NCBI GenBank assembly: GCA_035419245.1
Contig: DAOLSP010000001.1
Coordinates: forward strand, 636,309-700,308
Length of the DNA stretch: 64,000 nt
From: a bacterium
GTDB lineage: Bacteria > Zhuqueibacterota > Zhuqueibacteria > Residuimicrobiales > Residuimicrobiaceae
Direction of reading: 5' to 3'
A model generated the notes under the pieces. The model was not told the DNA's origin and did no database searches. It saw only the letters and a program-made list of their open reading frames with translations. Both the position numbers and the translations under genes were made by a program. This document shows positions 9,729-21,352 of the stretch, piece after piece. Within the stretch, counting starts at the first letter, position 1, and the number at the start of each line of letters is the position of its first letter.

Positions 9729-10826
9729 ATGGAGAGATTGATGCGGGATTGGATCACAAATGCCTGGCCTCTGATTACTTTGGTTCTGTTCATCGGATGT
9801 TCACGAGACCCGGATGTGATAAAACCGGATGACCCTGTCCCGGAGAGTGAATTTATCACCATTGAGACGGGCTATGTTCCGAAAGCGGAAAAATGCCTCT
9901 GGCTCGACGACAAAGCAGCGGCCTATACCATCTCTTTTGACGATGCCCGGGTCAGCCATTATCAGGTTGCGGGGCCAGCGCTCGATGCACGCCAAATGAA
10001 GGGCACCTTTTTCCTGAACACCCGGAATATCAGCGACTGGAGTGGATATCAGACCCTGTTTGATCATGGCCATGAGATCGCCTCGCATACCTTTTCACAT
10101 GCCAAATTGACCGAATTGACCGAGACGCAGCAGCGCGAAGAGCTGGAACGGGCGATCGCGGATCTCCGTGCCCATATCACCGGCCTCACCACCATCCCCA
10201 GTTTTTCCTATCCCTACGGGCTTTATGACGATCGCATCCGCCGCGTCGTACGCGACTATCACTCCTCTGCCCGCGGCTATTGGGGAGTGAACAGCGCCAA
10301 TCTCAGCGACGAAGACCTGACGCTGGTGCACGGGGTGGGTGTATATCCGCCATTTGACGTCTCTGTGATCGCTGGTTCAGTTGATAAGGTGATCGCCGAG
10401 CGAGGCTGGATCATGGTCTATTTTCATTCGGTCAGCGCCAAGGGCGATTCGGCCAATGAGATCATACCAATAGCCCGCTACTTGCAGCATCTCGATTATG
10501 TTCAGGGGCGCCAGGACAGCCTGTGGATTGCGACCATGGGGGAAGTCACCGCTTACCTGCGCCTGCGCCGCGATGCCACCTTACAAATCAAACAAATTGA
10601 CAGCACGGTGGTCGAACTCGCACTGGAAGGTTTGCAAGGCTATTACTCCACTGCGGAGCCACTGACCGTGAAGCTGACATTGCCGCAAAACTGGCGCGCG
10701 CAGAAGGTGTTTGCCGTCAATGAGGATGGCAGCGCCCAAACGGTCCGACGGATATCCGACGAGGTGGTGCTGATCAACCTCCCGCGGAGCGGTATCATCC
10801 GGCTGATGGCCAAGAGAGACCAGTAA
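9729..10826 (+). CDS. Polysaccharide deacetylase (NodB-homology, CE4), probable lipoprotein.
   Basis: Lipobox 'LVLFIGCS'. NodB motifs 'YTISFDDARVSHYQ' (TFDDG-like) and 'HEIASHTFSH'. Confidence 0.8.
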   Translation: MERLMRDWITNAWPLITLVLFIGCSRDPDVIKPDDPVPESEFITIETGYVPKAEKCLWLDDKAAAYTISFDDARVSHYQVAGPALDARQMKGTFFLNTRNISDWSGYQTLFDHGHEIASHTFSHAKLTELTETQQREELERAIADLRAHITGLTTIPSFSYPYGLYDDRIRRVVRDYHSSARGYWGVNSANLSDEDLTLVHGVGVYPPFDVSVIAGSVDKVIAERGWIMVYFHSVSAKGDSANEIIPIARYLQHLDYVQGRQDSLWIATMGEVTAYLRLRRDATLQIKQIDSTVVELALEGLQGYYSTAEPLTVKLTLPQNWRAQKVFAVNEDGSAQTVRRISDEVVLINLPRSGIIRLMAKRDQ

Positions 10827-10830
10827 GCCG

Positions 10831-12033
10831 ATGGCGGAGGGACGCAAGCACATCCTGATGATCCTGCAGGCGGACTACCCCCCGGATATCCGCCTGACCA
10901 AGGAGATCGCCGCCCTGACCGGGCAGGGGTATCAGGTATTTCTGCTTTGCAATAACAAGGCAGGCAGCCCGCGCGTCGCCGCGGTGGATGGCGCCACCGT
11001 GCTGCGGCTGCGCCATTGGGGTGCGCGCTGGACCCCGCTTGTAAATATCCCGCTCTTTTTTAATCCTGTCTGGTTGTGGGGAATCCGGCAGGCGATCAGG
11101 AAAAACGCCATTCAATCGATCCATGTTCATGATCTGCCGCTGGCTTTGGCGGCCATCTGGGCGGGGCGATGGTTTGGCCTACCGGTGGTCTTTGATGTGC
11201 ACGAGAACTATCCCGAGGCGATGCGCATCTGGGGCCACAAGGGCATGTTCTGGTGGCTCCTGCGCAATCCCTGGCTCTCGGAGAAACTGGAGCGCCACTG
11301 TTTGCGCGCGGCTGATGCGGTGATCACCGTTTCGGAGGAACACCTCGAGCTCTTTTTGCAGCAAGGGGTGCCGGCAGACAAGCTCCATTTTGTCGGCAAC
11401 ACCGTCGACTATGAATCCTACCTGCAGATGGCGATTGATCCGGAAATCGTCGAGCGGTATCGTCCTTGGTATGTGCTGGAGTATCTTGGCAAGTTTGGTC
11501 CCGAGCGCGATCTCGAGACCGCCATTCGCGGCCTGAAGTTCATCCGGGCGGAGATCCCCAACATCCGCCTGCTGCTGGTGGGGGATGGACCGAACACCGC
11601 TGAGCTGCGGCAATGCGCCCGGGAAGAGGGGGTGGCGGAGCTGGTCGAGATCACCGGCTGGGTGCCGTTCGCACAGACGGCCTCGTACATAGAGGCCTGC
11701 CAGATTTGCATTGTGCCGCAGCCCTCCAATCCCTTCATCGACAATACCATTCCGCACAAGATTTTCCAGTACATGGCGCTGGAAAAGCCGGTCGTCTGTT
11801 CGGATGCCAAGGCGCTGGTGCGGATTATCTCCGGCAGCCGCTGCGGTGAGGTTTTTCCCTCGCGCTCGGCGGAGGGTTTTGCCCGAGCCGTGCTCAAAAT
11901 CTACCATTCGGATTTTCCTTACGGCCGCAACGGTCGGCACGCAGTGGAAGAGAAATACAACTGGTCGCATTCGGCCCAGGCCCTGATCGCGCTCTACGAC
12001 CGTCTTGATGGTGAAGAAACGAACAAGGATTGA
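10831..12033 (+). CDS. Glycosyltransferase family 4 (GT-B, retaining).
   Basis: C-terminal 'E...LEKPVVCSD' GT1/GT4 nucleotide-sugar-binding motif. About 400 aa with a two-Rossmann layout. Confidence 0.8.
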   Translation: MAEGRKHILMILQADYPPDIRLTKEIAALTGQGYQVFLLCNNKAGSPRVAAVDGATVLRLRHWGARWTPLVNIPLFFNPVWLWGIRQAIRKNAIQSIHVHDLPLALAAIWAGRWFGLPVVFDVHENYPEAMRIWGHKGMFWWLLRNPWLSEKLERHCLRAADAVITVSEEHLELFLQQGVPADKLHFVGNTVDYESYLQMAIDPEIVERYRPWYVLEYLGKFGPERDLETAIRGLKFIRAEIPNIRLLLVGDGPNTAELRQCAREEGVAELVEITGWVPFAQTASYIEACQICIVPQPSNPFIDNTIPHKIFQYMALEKPVVCSDAKALVRIISGSRCGEVFPSRSAEGFARAVLKIYHSDFPYGRNGRHAVEEKYNWSHSAQALIALYDRLDGEETNKD

Positions 12034-13043
12034 TTTTATTGCCGACTGAATCCTCTCAAACTGAACTGCCGCTGGTCTCGATCATCATACCCATGCTCAA
12101 CGAGGCCGGGGCGATCGGGCGCTGCATCCATTCGATTTTAGCGCAAAGCTATCCCGGCGACCGCATCGAGGTCCTCGTCGTCGACGGGCTCTCGACGGAC
12201 GGCTCGCGCGAGGAGGTCCAGGCCCTGGCGGCGGCGCACGCCAATATCCGGCTATTGGACAATCCGCAAAAGCGCACACCGCGCAGCCTCAATATCGGGG
12301 TCCGCAACAGCCGCGGCAAGGTGGTGATCATTCTCGGAGCGCACACGCGCATCGATCCGGAATTTGTCGCCCTGAATATCCGCTATATGCGCGAGATGAG
12401 GGTTAAGTGCACCGGCGGCACGCAGATCAACACCGGCGACACCTACTGGCAGCGGGCCATCGGCCTGGGCATGGGCTCCCGTTTCGGGATCCCCAGCGCA
12501 CCCTACCGCTATGACAAGCGAAAGCGTTTTGTCGATACCGTGGTCTATGCCGCCTATGCACGGGAGCTCTTTGACGAGGTCGGCTATTTTGACGAGGAGC
12601 TGCATATTTCCGAGGATGCGGAACTGAACTGGCGGATCCGCAAGGCCGGACATCAGATCTATTTCACCCCAGAGATCATCTCCTATTATTACCCGCGGGC
12701 GACGCTGCGCCGATTGTGGCGGCAGTTTTTCAATTACGGGATCCTCCGCGTCAACGTGATCAAGAAACACCCCGATGCCGTCAAGGCGGTCCATCTGGTG
12801 CCGCCGGCCTTCGTCCTCGCCACCCTGCTCTTTGGCGTGCTGGCGGTTTTCCGTCCAGCGGCAGCGTGGGCGCTGGCGCTGCTCTGGGGCCTTTATCTGG
12901 TTTACCTGCTCGTGGCCGCCATCACCACGTGCCGGGAAGAACACCACTTTGCCGCTCTGCCGGCGCTGCCACCGGTATTCATGACCATGCAGATCGGCTG
13001 GGGTTTGGGATTCTGGGCCGGCCTGTTCAAGACCTACAAGTGA
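12030..13043 (+). CDS. Glycosyltransferase family 2 with C-terminal TM helices.
   Basis: 'LVSIIIPMLNEAGAIGRCIHSILAQSYP...EVLVVDGLSTDGS' GT-A DXD fold. Hydrophobic C-terminus. TTG start overlaps the GT4 stop (TTGA). Confidence 0.8.
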   Translation: MILLPTESSQTELPLVSIIIPMLNEAGAIGRCIHSILAQSYPGDRIEVLVVDGLSTDGSREEVQALAAAHANIRLLDNPQKRTPRSLNIGVRNSRGKVVIILGAHTRIDPEFVALNIRYMREMRVKCTGGTQINTGDTYWQRAIGLGMGSRFGIPSAPYRYDKRKRFVDTVVYAAYARELFDEVGYFDEELHISEDAELNWRIRKAGHQIYFTPEIISYYYPRATLRRLWRQFFNYGILRVNVIKKHPDAVKAVHLVPPAFVLATLLFGVLAVFRPAAAWALALLWGLYLVYLLVAAITTCREEHHFAALPALPPVFMTMQIGWGLGFWAGLFKTYK

Positions 13044-13068
13044 GCCCGCACTGCGGCGAGGATCTCTG

Positions 13069-14469
13069 ATGTCCCGGACGTTTGAAAAAATAGTGCTCCT
13101 GCTGGTCGATTTCATCACCATCAATCTCGCCTTCTGGGGGCTGTTGCAGCTGCGCAGCTCGTTCGACCTGTTTGTCGAGCAGGGGCTGATGCTCAAGGTG
13201 CAGATTTTTTTTCTGGTCTATCTGTACTGGCTGGTCCTCTTTGTCTTTCTCGGGCTTTACCAGTCCTGGTATGCCAAATCCCGGTTTGATGAGCTGATCT
13301 CGGTGCTCAAGGCCATTTTGCTGGGCACCTTTATTATCTTTGTCCTGACTTCAGAGCCCGAACGCGATCTGGCCAATCCGCCGACCTTCGGCCGTTTCAT
13401 GATTGTCAGCTATTCATTGCTGATGTTGATTTGTGTCGGAGGCGGCCGTTTCATTTTGCATACAGTGCAGCGCCGTCTGATGCGTTCGGGTTTGGGACAG
13501 CGCAAGACTCTGATCATCGGCTACAATCCTCAGGCGCAGAAACTGGCCGACAAGATTCAGCAGTTTCCTGCCCTCGGTTATCGGGTCATCGGTTTTCTCA
13601 GCCTCAAGAGTGACGAGGAGGGCCAAAAATACGGCCGAATACCGGTCTGGGGTGGACTTGGCAAATTGCGCGCGGTGGTGCTGCGGCGAAAGGTGGAGGA
13701 GGTGATCCTCTCCCTGGGCCATCTTCCGCAAAAGCGGGTCATGCATGTCATCGGCCTGCTCGAGCAATTGCCGGTCAGCATCAAGATCGAGCCGGATCTT
13801 TACGGGCTGGTGATGGGGCAGGCACGGACGCAGCAGATCTACGGTTTTCCGCTGATTGAAATCAATCCGCAGATCATGCAGCCCTGGGAGAAGACCGTCA
13901 AGCGGCTGATGGATGTCTTTTTCTCGCTCGGTTTTCTGATCCTGGCCACGCCCCTTTTCCTGCTGCTGGCGCTGCTCATCAAACTGGAATCCCCCGGTCC
14001 GGTTTTTTTCAAACAAAAACGCGTCGGCAAAAACGGCGCTGCTTTTACCATCCTGAAATTTCGCACCATGATCAAGGATGCGGAACGGTATACCGGGCCG
14101 GTTTGGGCGGGAAAAAGGGATCCGCGCATCACCCGCCTGGGCCGGATTATGCGCAAACTGCGCCTCGACGAACTGCCCCAGTTCATCAATGTGCTCTCGG
14201 GTGAGATGAGCTTGGTCGGGCCCCGTCCCGAGCGCCCCTATTTCGTCGAAAAACTCAAACGCGAATATCCCTATTATCTGCGCCGCCTCAAGGTCAAGCC
14301 GGGCATCACCGGCTGGGCCCAGGTGAAAGGCGAGTACGATACCAGCATCGAGGAGGCCCGGGAAAAACTGGCCTACGATCTGTACTATATAGAGAACATG
14401 TCGTTGCGCATGGACCTACGCATCCTGCTCTATACCGTCGCCGTGATGCTGCGTTTCAAGGGACAGTGA
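13069..14469 (+). CDS. Polyprenyl-phosphate glycosyl-1-phosphate transferase (WbaP/WcaJ-like initiating 'bacterial sugar transferase').
   Basis: Four or five N-terminal TM helices plus a central Rossmann-like region. C-terminal catalytic domain '...KFRTM...DELPQFINVLSGEMSLVGPRPERP' (Bac_transf). GAGGA RBS. Confidence 0.88.
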   Translation: MSRTFEKIVLLLVDFITINLAFWGLLQLRSSFDLFVEQGLMLKVQIFFLVYLYWLVLFVFLGLYQSWYAKSRFDELISVLKAILLGTFIIFVLTSEPERDLANPPTFGRFMIVSYSLLMLICVGGGRFILHTVQRRLMRSGLGQRKTLIIGYNPQAQKLADKIQQFPALGYRVIGFLSLKSDEEGQKYGRIPVWGGLGKLRAVVLRRKVEEVILSLGHLPQKRVMHVIGLLEQLPVSIKIEPDLYGLVMGQARTQQIYGFPLIEINPQIMQPWEKTVKRLMDVFFSLGFLILATPLFLLLALLIKLESPGPVFFKQKRVGKNGAAFTILKFRTMIKDAERYTGPVWAGKRDPRITRLGRIMRKLRLDELPQFINVLSGEMSLVGPRPERPYFVEKLKREYPYYLRRLKVKPGITGWAQVKGEYDTSIEEAREKLAYDLYYIENMSLRMDLRILLYTVAVMLRFKGQ

Positions 14470-14498
14470 ACGACTTCAACAACCATGAGGGAACTGTT

Positions 14499-15764
14499 AT
14501 GCTCGACCTTAAGTTCATCCGGGAACATCCGGAGATCGTCCGCAAGGCGATCAACGACAAGGGGGACAAGGCGGACCTGGACCGGCTGCTGGCGCTGGAT
14601 GTCAAGCGGCGGGAGATCATCGGCGCGGTCGAGTCCGCGCGCGCCGGGCAGAACCGCGCCACGCAGCAAATCGCCGAGATGAAAAAGGCCGGGGCGGACA
14701 CGACGGCCATGATCAACGAGATGCGCGCTCTGGGCGACCGGATCAAGGCATTTGAAGAAGAGCTGAAAACGGCCGAGGAAGCGATCTATCAGATTCAGAT
14801 CTGCATCCCCAATGTACCCCACGCCAGCGTCCCCGTCGGCGACGCCAGCCACAACCAGGTCGTGAAACAATGGGGCGAGCCCCCCAAAATGGATTTCAAA
14901 CCCCAGCCGCACTTCGAAATCGGCGAAAGGCTCGGTCTGGTCGATTTCGCACGCGCTTCGCGCTTGAGTGGCTCCTCTTTCGTCAGCTATCGCGGCCTGG
15001 GGGCCAAACTCGAACGCGCCCTGATCAATTTTATGCTCGATCTCCACATCGAGAAACACGGCTATACCGAGGTTTCGCCACCCTTCGTGACCAAACGCGA
15101 GGCGATGTTCGGTACCGGCCAGCTGCCCAAACTGGAGGAGGACATGTACCATATCCCCGGTGATGATCTTTTCCTGATCCCCACCGCCGAGGTGCCGGTG
15201 ACCAACCTGCATCGCGAGGAGATCCTCGAGGGCAGCGACCTGCCGTTGCGCTACACCGCCTACACGCCCTGTTTCCGCCGCGAAGCGGGAACCTATGGCA
15301 AGGAGACTCGCGGCATGGTGCGCATCCACCAGTTCGACAAGGTGGAGATGGTCAAGTTCACGACCCCGGACAGTTCATACGATGAGCTGGAGACGCTGCT
15401 GGCCGATGCCGAGGAGGTGCTGCAGCTGCTTGAGCTGCCCTATCGGGTTCTCGCCCTGGCGACCGGCGATCTCAGCTTTGCCGCAGCCAAATGTTACGAC
15501 ATCGAGGTCTGGGCTCAGGGGATGGAAAAATGGCTCGAGGTTTCGAGCTGTAGCAACTTTGCCGATTTTCAGGCCCGCCGCGCCAACATCCGCTTCCGGC
15601 CTTTCAAGGGTGCCAAACCCGAATTTGTCCATACCCTCAACGGTTCGGGACTGGCCCTGCCGCGTACGGTCATCGCCATCCTCGAGAATTATCAGACCGA
15701 CGAAGGCACGGTCGTTGTGCCCAAGGTTCTGCGCCCTTATATGGGGGTTGATCTGATCCGTTAG
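14499..15764 (+). CDS. serS: Seryl-tRNA synthetase.
   Basis: 'MLDLKFIREHPE' N-terminal coiled-coil arm. Class-II aaRS motifs ('FRRE..T.G..TRG..R.HQF.KVE', 'GSGLALPRT'). GAGGGA RBS 6 nt upstream of ATG 14499. Confidence 0.95.
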   Translation: MLDLKFIREHPEIVRKAINDKGDKADLDRLLALDVKRREIIGAVESARAGQNRATQQIAEMKKAGADTTAMINEMRALGDRIKAFEEELKTAEEAIYQIQICIPNVPHASVPVGDASHNQVVKQWGEPPKMDFKPQPHFEIGERLGLVDFARASRLSGSSFVSYRGLGAKLERALINFMLDLHIEKHGYTEVSPPFVTKREAMFGTGQLPKLEEDMYHIPGDDLFLIPTAEVPVTNLHREEILEGSDLPLRYTAYTPCFRREAGTYGKETRGMVRIHQFDKVEMVKFTTPDSSYDELETLLADAEEVLQLLELPYRVLALATGDLSFAAAKCYDIEVWAQGMEKWLEVSSCSNFADFQARRANIRFRPFKGAKPEFVHTLNGSGLALPRTVIAILENYQTDEGTVVVPKVLRPYMGVDLIR

Positions 15765-15784
15765 GCATGGAAATCTCCAAAAAA

Positions 15785-15818
15785 GCCGCTGCTGTTGAAC
15801 AGCAGCGGCTTTTTTTTA
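15785..15818. terminator. Bidirectional intrinsic terminator between convergent serS and the OMP gene.
   Basis: GCCGCTGCTG-ttgaa-CAGCAGCGGC perfect 10-bp stem. A5 precedes it and T8 follows. Confidence 0.75.
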
Positions 15819-15834
15819 TTGTTGCCGGAGACGG

Positions 15835-17037
15835 TCAGGGACGGGGCGTTGACGGCGGTGGTGACGCCACTGGGGCGGCGGTGCTGTCTGCAGGCAGGGG
15901 CCGGCGGTTTTCCAGCGTCCCGCGCAGGTTCTCGAGCAGTTTGCTGATTCGCTCCCGTTCGGACCGGATGCGCTCGAGGTTCTGTTCGGATTGTTCTGCT
16001 TTCTGGCGTTCCGCGGCCAGCTGCCGGTAAAGCTCCTGCGCGAGTTCCTCTTGTGAAACATCGCCTGGCGCGCTCTTGGCCCGGCCGGGATGGAGGTCGG
16101 GGAAAGGGATCAGGGGAATGGTGAGTCCGGCGGTGACGCGCCACTGTGGCACGTTGGGCAATGTCTGCCAGGGCTGGGCGCTGCCGCCGAGATAGCGGGT
16201 TTTATCGACATCGCCGGTGAGCCGCAGGTCGGCGGCGAAATGAACCTGGACAGTCGAGGGCAGGGTGTAGCTGAAACCGGGGGAGAGATAGATAAAATTT
16301 TCGCGGGTATAGGCGGTGGCGGCCGGCCGGCGCATAAAGGCGCGGCCCTGGATTTCGGCGAGGAGATCGAAGCGGCCCCAGCGCTGAGTTGCCGCGCAGC
16401 CGAAGAGAAATTCGGAGCTGTTACGGCTCGAGGTGAGAGTATCTTCCGGCGTTGTGGTCAGGACGAGACCGTGATCGTCATGGAAGCAGAAGCCGAGATT
16501 GGCGCTCAGGGTCCGGCCGGCGCCGGGGTGGTCGACGTCGCCCAGGCGGGAAAGCAGAAGGGTGAGCCCAAGAGAGGCCCGGCCGGCGGAGTAGGGTTCA
16601 AGCGGCAGATTGTGATATTCGGCGAGCGGCAGGCGCAGCTCGATCTGGCCGCCCCAACGCAGGGGCGCATCGACCGCTCCGAAGCCGGCGAAGCGGGCGC
16701 GGAGGAAGAGATCATCGGGCAGATTATAGCCGCGGCCGGGCTTATGGTTATCCTGGTAAATGACCTGCTGCAGCGAGAGATCGATGCGGTCACGCAGGCC
16801 GTATACAAGGGAGAGGCTGTTCTGGATGTCCCAGTAGGTCTCGCCCGTCAGGAGATGGGGGGCGAGTTCCTGGATCTGGTCCTGAAAGAAAAAGCGCACC
16901 GGGAGCTGGAGGTAAAGGTGGCCCTGGGGCACGGTGTAGGCCGGCCGGATCTGCTGCAGCGGGAGTCTGTCGGCCTCGCCGGCGCGCAGGCCGAAGGGGA
17001 GGATGGGCAGGAGGAGGAACGGAAGATACTTTTTCAT
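15835..17037 (-). CDS. Outer-membrane protein: signal peptide plus putative beta-barrel, with a C-terminal coiled-coil and a Pro/Ser-rich tail.
   Basis: 'MKKYLPFLLLPILPFGLRA' signal peptide. Alternating amphipathic beta-strand pattern. C-terminal 'QEELAQELYRQLAAERQKAEQSEQNLERIRSERERISKLLENLRGTLENRR...PPPSTPRP'. The opposite-strand ORF 16090..17049 is low-complexity (G/A/E-rich). Confidence 0.55.
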   Translation of the reverse strand: MKKYLPFLLLPILPFGLRAGEADRLPLQQIRPAYTVPQGHLYLQLPVRFFFQDQIQELAPHLLTGETYWDIQNSLSLVYGLRDRIDLSLQQVIYQDNHKPGRGYNLPDDLFLRARFAGFGAVDAPLRWGGQIELRLPLAEYHNLPLEPYSAGRASLGLTLLLSRLGDVDHPGAGRTLSANLGFCFHDDHGLVLTTTPEDTLTSSRNSSEFLFGCAATQRWGRFDLLAEIQGRAFMRRPAATAYTRENFIYLSPGFSYTLPSTVQVHFAADLRLTGDVDKTRYLGGSAQPWQTLPNVPQWRVTAGLTIPLIPFPDLHPGRAKSAPGDVSQEELAQELYRQLAAERQKAEQSEQNLERIRSERERISKLLENLRGTLENRRPLPADSTAAPVASPPPSTPRP

Positions 17038-17139
17038 GGCGATGCCTGATGAATGAATTTGCATGGTCTAATGTATCAAACTGCAGCGCCTGAAGCAACT
17101 GCTTTTTCCGGCGAACTTGACCCGGAGCACGTCCGGGGT

Positions 17140-18693
17140 TCAAGCGCGATAACGCCGGGCATCGATCTGATAGAGGCCGATCTTGTAGGAGATGATGCGC
17201 TCAGTGATCCCGAGCATGCGTGCCGCCTTGGCCCGGATGCCGCGCGCGGATTTGAGGGCGTCCTGAATGAGCTCCTTTTCATAGCTTGCGACGGCCTCGG
17301 TCAGCGACCAGCGGGGCGGGGTACCGCTGCTCTCGGCGGTCTGCAGAGTTGGCGGGAGATGGTAGCTGTGGATGACCTGGTCCTCACAGACCAAGACCGC
17401 GCGCTCGATGCAGTTCTCAAGTTCGCGCACGTTTCCCGGCCAGTGGTAACGCATCAGCATGTCGATGGCCGGGGTGGAGATTCGCTGGATCGACTTGCCG
17501 TGCTGACGTCCGTACTTGATCATGAAATGATCGGCGAGCAGGAGGATGTCGCTCTTGCGCTCGCGCAGCGGCGGCAGATAGATGGCGAAGACGTTGAGAC
17601 GGTAATAGAGGTCTTCGCGAAAGACCCCGCGCGCCATTAGCTCCTCGAGATCGGCATTGGTGGCGGCGATGATGCGCACATCGACCTTGAGGGTTTCGAG
17701 CCCGCCGATGCGTTCGAATTCGTGCTCCTGGAGAACCCGGAGCAGCTTGACCTGGGTCATCGGCGAGAGGTCGCCGACCTCGTCGAGAAAGATCGTGCCG
17801 CCGTCGGCGAGCTCGAAGCGCCCCTTCTTGCGCGCCACCGCCCCGGTGAAGGCGCCCTTCTCGTAGCCGAAAAACTCCGACTCGATGAGGGTTTCGGGGA
17901 TGGCCGCGCAATTGACGCGGATGAAGGGCGCCTCGCTGCGCGGCGAGTTATAGTGGATCGCCTGGGCCACCAGCTCCTTTCCCGTGCCCGATTCGCCGCG
18001 CAGCAGCACGGTGGTCGCGGCGTGGGCCACCTGAGCCACTTTTTCGTAGACCTCGCGCATCTCGCGGCTGTTGCCGATGATGTTCTGCAGGCGGTTCTCC
18101 TGGCGCAGTTGCTGCTTGAGGATGACATTTTCGGTCAGCAGTTTTTGCTGTTCGGCCTCGATAAGCTGCCGGATGTGGAGGCGCTGGACCAGAGTGGAGG
18201 CAACCAGGAGGAGGATAGTGAGGATGCTCTCATAGTCACGCTTGGCGAGGTAGGGCAGATTGATGAAGAGGACGCCAAGGGTGCGGTAATCCAGGGAAAT
18301 GGGCACACCAAGGAAGCTTTGCTCGGAGCGACCACCGCCCTCCCAACTGCCGAGGCGGTTGAGGAAAAGGGGTTCCTTGCTCACCCTGGGGACGACCACG
18401 GGTTTGCCGGTTTCGGCGATGCGGCCACTCACGCCTTCGCTGTAGCGGTAGACATCGCGGGCGGAATGGGCGGTCAGGCCGATGGCGGCGGCGAGATGGA
18501 GGGTTTTGGCTTCCGCGTCGCAGAGGAGGATCGCTCCGGAGAGGAGGCGATAGCTGGTCTGCAGGATCTGCAGAGTCGCGTTGAAGCATTCTTGGAGGCT
18601 GAGGCTACGGCTCAAGGCCTGATTGATTTCGAGCAGCAGGGCGAGTTTGGGGGCGGCGATGGCGCCGCGGCTGGGAAGGGTGAGATGCTCCAT
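17140..18693 (-). CDS. Sigma-54-dependent transcriptional activator with an N-terminal GAF sensor domain (NifA-like architecture), an AAA+ sigma-54 interaction domain and a C-terminal Fis-type HTH.
   Basis: Walker A 'GESGTGKE'. 'GAFTGA' sigma-54 contact motif. 'ELENCIERA' arm. C-terminal 'AKAARMLGITERIISYKIG' HTH. About 160-aa N-terminal GAF-like region. AGGAG RBS. Confidence 0.9.
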   Translation of the reverse strand: MEHLTLPSRGAIAAPKLALLLEINQALSRSLSLQECFNATLQILQTSYRLLSGAILLCDAEAKTLHLAAAIGLTAHSARDVYRYSEGVSGRIAETGKPVVVPRVSKEPLFLNRLGSWEGGGRSEQSFLGVPISLDYRTLGVLFINLPYLAKRDYESILTILLLVASTLVQRLHIRQLIEAEQQKLLTENVILKQQLRQENRLQNIIGNSREMREVYEKVAQVAHAATTVLLRGESGTGKELVAQAIHYNSPRSEAPFIRVNCAAIPETLIESEFFGYEKGAFTGAVARKKGRFELADGGTIFLDEVGDLSPMTQVKLLRVLQEHEFERIGGLETLKVDVRIIAATNADLEELMARGVFREDLYYRLNVFAIYLPPLRERKSDILLLADHFMIKYGRQHGKSIQRISTPAIDMLMRYHWPGNVRELENCIERAVLVCEDQVIHSYHLPPTLQTAESSGTPPRWSLTEAVASYEKELIQDALKSARGIRAKAARMLGITERIISYKIGLYQIDARRYRA

Positions 18694-19013
18694 ACGAGAC
18701 TCCTGAAAGCGACAAATATGTCATAAATTTACAAATAGCAACATAATTGCAGGTAATGATCCTGAGGTACATCCGGATTGCGCGCCCCAAGTCCGGTCTC
18801 TTTGAGAGGAAAGCGTGCGCCATCCCTCCATATTCGGCAATAAAGACACAAAAAAGTTGTAAAATAGTAATATACAACAAAAATGTAGTAAATAATTCTT
18901 TAAAACGCCACTCTTTTATTTCGCACCGCGGGACGATAAGCAAAAGACAAGTATAAACAGTTAATTACACATTTGTCGTGCTGCCACAAAAAACCGGGTC
19001 CGGACGGTTTCTT

Positions 19014-19029
19014 TGGCACTCGCTTTGCC
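19014..19029 (+). promoter_or_regulatory. Sigma-54 (-24/-12) promoter TGGCAC-N5-TTGC upstream of glnN.
   Basis: TGGCACtcgctTTGCc at 19014-19029: GG at -24 and GC at -12 with exact consensus spacing. It lies 45 nt upstream of the glnN ATG. GGAG RBS at 19064-19067. Confidence 0.65.
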
Positions 19030-19074
19030 ATAGGAAGCGAAAACGCAGTAATTTTTATTCCATGGAGTGGCACG

Positions 19075-21279
<2,205 letters not shown>

Positions 21280-21300
21280 ACCGCGGCGAGCGTATAGGAA

Positions 21301-21339
21301 AAAAAAAAGGCGATGCGGAGATCCGCATCGCCTTTTTTA
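21301..21339. terminator. Bidirectional intrinsic terminator between convergent glnN and the small zinc-ribbon gene.
   Basis: A8, then GGCGATGCGGA-gat-TCCGCATCGCC, then T6. GC-rich 10-11-bp stem. Confidence 0.8.
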
Positions 21340-21352
21340 TCATGGGTTCAGA

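Noticed and set aside
9729-10826. Possibility that the deacetylase in the glycan locus is BshB (bacillithiol pathway partner of bshA).
   Set aside because: It has NodB/CE4 motifs and a lipoprotein signal. BshB is a cytoplasmic LmbE-family enzyme.
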